Positions 61,901 through 64,000 of a stretch of 64,000 bases of DNA are shown in pieces. Within the stretch, counting starts at the first letter, position 1; every line of letters begins with the position of its first letter. The stretch is from Monocercomonoides exilis PA203 (lineage: Eukaryota; Protista; Preaxostyla). The notes under the pieces are model-generated. The model was not told where the DNA came from. It worked only from the letters and a program-made list of their open reading frames with translations, and ran no database searches. The stretch spans positions 434,001 to 498,000 of the forward strand of contig LSRY02000009.1 in NCBI GenBank assembly GCA_001643675.2, written 5' to 3'. Position numbers and translations under genes: made by a program.

Positions 61901-64000
61901 AATCAATTTGGATGTGACTGCGCAAACAGCAAGTTGCAATGCTTTTGACAGTTTTGTAGCGAATTCAGATGCAATGCCAAAGTTGTTGGAAATAACGCTT
62001 TCGGGAAACAAAGCAAAACACGGGCGGGAGCTGTTCATTCGATGCAACGTATTCGACCGTCAGTTATCTCCGAAGTTGATTTCACTCAATATAGAACCTC
62101 AGTCCATCGGCGACAACAGTGTTGCTGGTGTTGAACTGGATGTATCAGCAGACGAAAGCCTCATCCGCAACTTCCTCAACCGGGTGCGCTATGTTCTGGG
62201 CGAAGTGGCATTTGCGGATATGTCTGGGGAAGACGAGCGGTTGGAGTGCCAATACGAACAGACACCGTGTTTGAGTGTGAACGGGGCTTCAGACCATCTT
62301 TCGGTGTCTGCAATGCAGTGGAGCATCAGCATCATCAGCACATCCAGCATCACTGGACAGCTTTCTCTGGTATCTACAGAGCTGAAGCCAATGAGCAGCG
62401 ATGCAGATGCTTCAGTGATCGTTCTGTTTGGATCTGCCATTCATTCGACATCAGAAGGAAGAGAAGTAGTCAAATGTGGGAATGGAACGCTGATTCAATC
62501 AGTCAACTTTGAGATTGACTATCGCTTTGAGACAGACAAAGAATGCATTTTTGGGCAGGACGATGGCAGTTCGACTGTTAAAAACTGTGCTTTTTATTTC
62601 AGTTTGGGCAATGCGAAGACGATAAATGCATCTTTTTTGCATGTCGGTGCAGGGACATTCACGATGGACAACACGTCGTTCAAGTCTTTTATGCTGAGTC
62701 GCACGTTTTTTGAAGTCAATGTGAGTGCGTTTTTGAACTTGAGCAGAGCAACCATCGAGAAATTTGCGTTGGGAAACGGATCGCTTCTGGTTGGAGAGGA
62801 AGGAGCGACCGTTGTTCTTCAGAATTCTGTGTTCAATGACATAACAGCGTCTTCTCATCTTCTGTCGCTAACTTCTCCTTCGTCGCTTGTGTGTGATTCT
62901 CTTACCGTGACTTATGTCAGATCGGATGGATCTGCATTGCATGTTCGTTTTGACAGCCCTGAGACAAATTCTGCAATTTCTTCTTCTTCTTCAACAGAAC
63001 AGCACAACAGCAGTCCAATTGTCTTGAATTACTGTAATTTTGAACGCATCACTTCAACCGATCAGTCATCTCCCATTATTTTGTTAGACAGATCTTCCAT
63101 TCCAATCAACATTTCGCAATTGACCTGCAAAGATTGCTCAACAAACAGAACAGAAGGTGCAATTCTTCTGTTTTCTGGCTGTGAACGCATTTCCATAAGC
63201 AAAGCAGATTTAACAGGAAAAAGAGCATGCAGCAATGAAATGGAGAATGGTGATTTTATTAGAAATCCAACTTTATACAAGAATTTTTATCAAAATACTT
63301 CTCATCTCTCAAAACAGCTTCAGCAACAACAACAAGAACAGCAAGATTCTTTGTGTTCTTGGAGCGGCTCTCTCTTGCATTTTGCCAATTCTGTTGTCTT
63401 TGCCGATTCTCTGAGCATCTTTTCATCGTCCCTTGGCGCACTGTCTATACAAAGTTCATCTGTCACGCTGTCACATTATTCCTTCTACAATAACTCCGTC
63501 TGCTCAGCCAAATATTACTCGGCCCAGAGAAACATCCATTGCGTGGGAGATTCCAGCACTGCAGAGAGCAAAGGCTATCTCTCCATCACCAGCCTGGGGA
63601 GCGGGATAAGTACACTCAACACTTCACTGTGGATCGCCAACGAAGGATGCGAGCTGGCAGACATGCCGCAGAGAGTGCTCAATCCGCTGTTTGTTCCTCG
63701 ATTGTCTGAAGCAATTTATGAGGTAAGCTCATCTGTCTCAGCTGTGTCTAATGAATTATCGAGGATGTTGGGTGAGAATGTGCGGGAAATGCAGTACGCA
63801 TTGAAGGGGCTGGATCTGTTTCCGTGCAGCGAGCTGAGTTTGTGCATTGTTCCGGAGGGAAATGAGAACAACTCGATTGCTCTGCCGATAAAAGAGAATG
63901 ATTTCGTCAATGAAACCCAAATACAAATGAATATTTCGGAGGATGTTTTTAATCCAACAAAGTTTAATACGACGTTTGTTGCACTCAGAATGACAACTTC
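58981..64000 (+). CDS. Second polymorphic-membrane-protein-like beta-helix surface protein (paralog of 34052-48283), 3'-truncated by the window edge
   Basis: Exon 58981-59085 encodes the signal peptide MEICLLLLIQFIVFTLC; GTTTGT intron 59086-59162; the frame appears open to 64000 (absent from the ORF track, presumably because there is no stop). Contains GGAL/GGAV/GGGI repeats and GADETNCG...CLTI. Its block CSWSGSLL/QRNIHC/SLWI/PLFVP/LFPC matches CRWNGSLF/RRNIFC/SLWI/PLFIP/LLPC of the giant gene. Confidence 0.88.

Overview
AT-rich eukaryotic genomic DNA with short spliceosomal introns (mostly GTTT...AG), the standard genetic code and many TCT/GAA microsatellite-coded poly-Ser/Glu tracts. The gene families and intron style suggest an oxymonad such as Monocercomonoides (inference, not searched). 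Genes assembled by hand across introns: a kinesin (5' part), a TVP15/COPI-associated-like membrane protein, a kelch + Cys-rich + 3-TM protein, a bacterial-type ThrRS-N/uridine-kinase fusion, a coiled-coil Ser-rich protein, a 4743-aa beta-helix surface receptor-pseudokinase with four identical 1230-bp repeats, a lineage-specific helical protein, SRP68, and a second beta-helix surface protein running off the right edge. Two decayed regions (about 3.3-16 kb and 48.7-52.5 kb) hold a Merlin/IS1595 transposase pseudogene, TIR/foldback elements, and kinase, cyclophilin and possible DIRS relics. The most notable observation is an 8-exon minus-strand gene (28997->23900, about 1496 aa), invisible as a unit in the ORF track. 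It fuses a catalytically dead PTEN-like phosphatase + C2 module, through a long Ser-rich linker, to a CLASP/crescerin-type TOG domain, making it a candidate membrane-to-microtubule linker.
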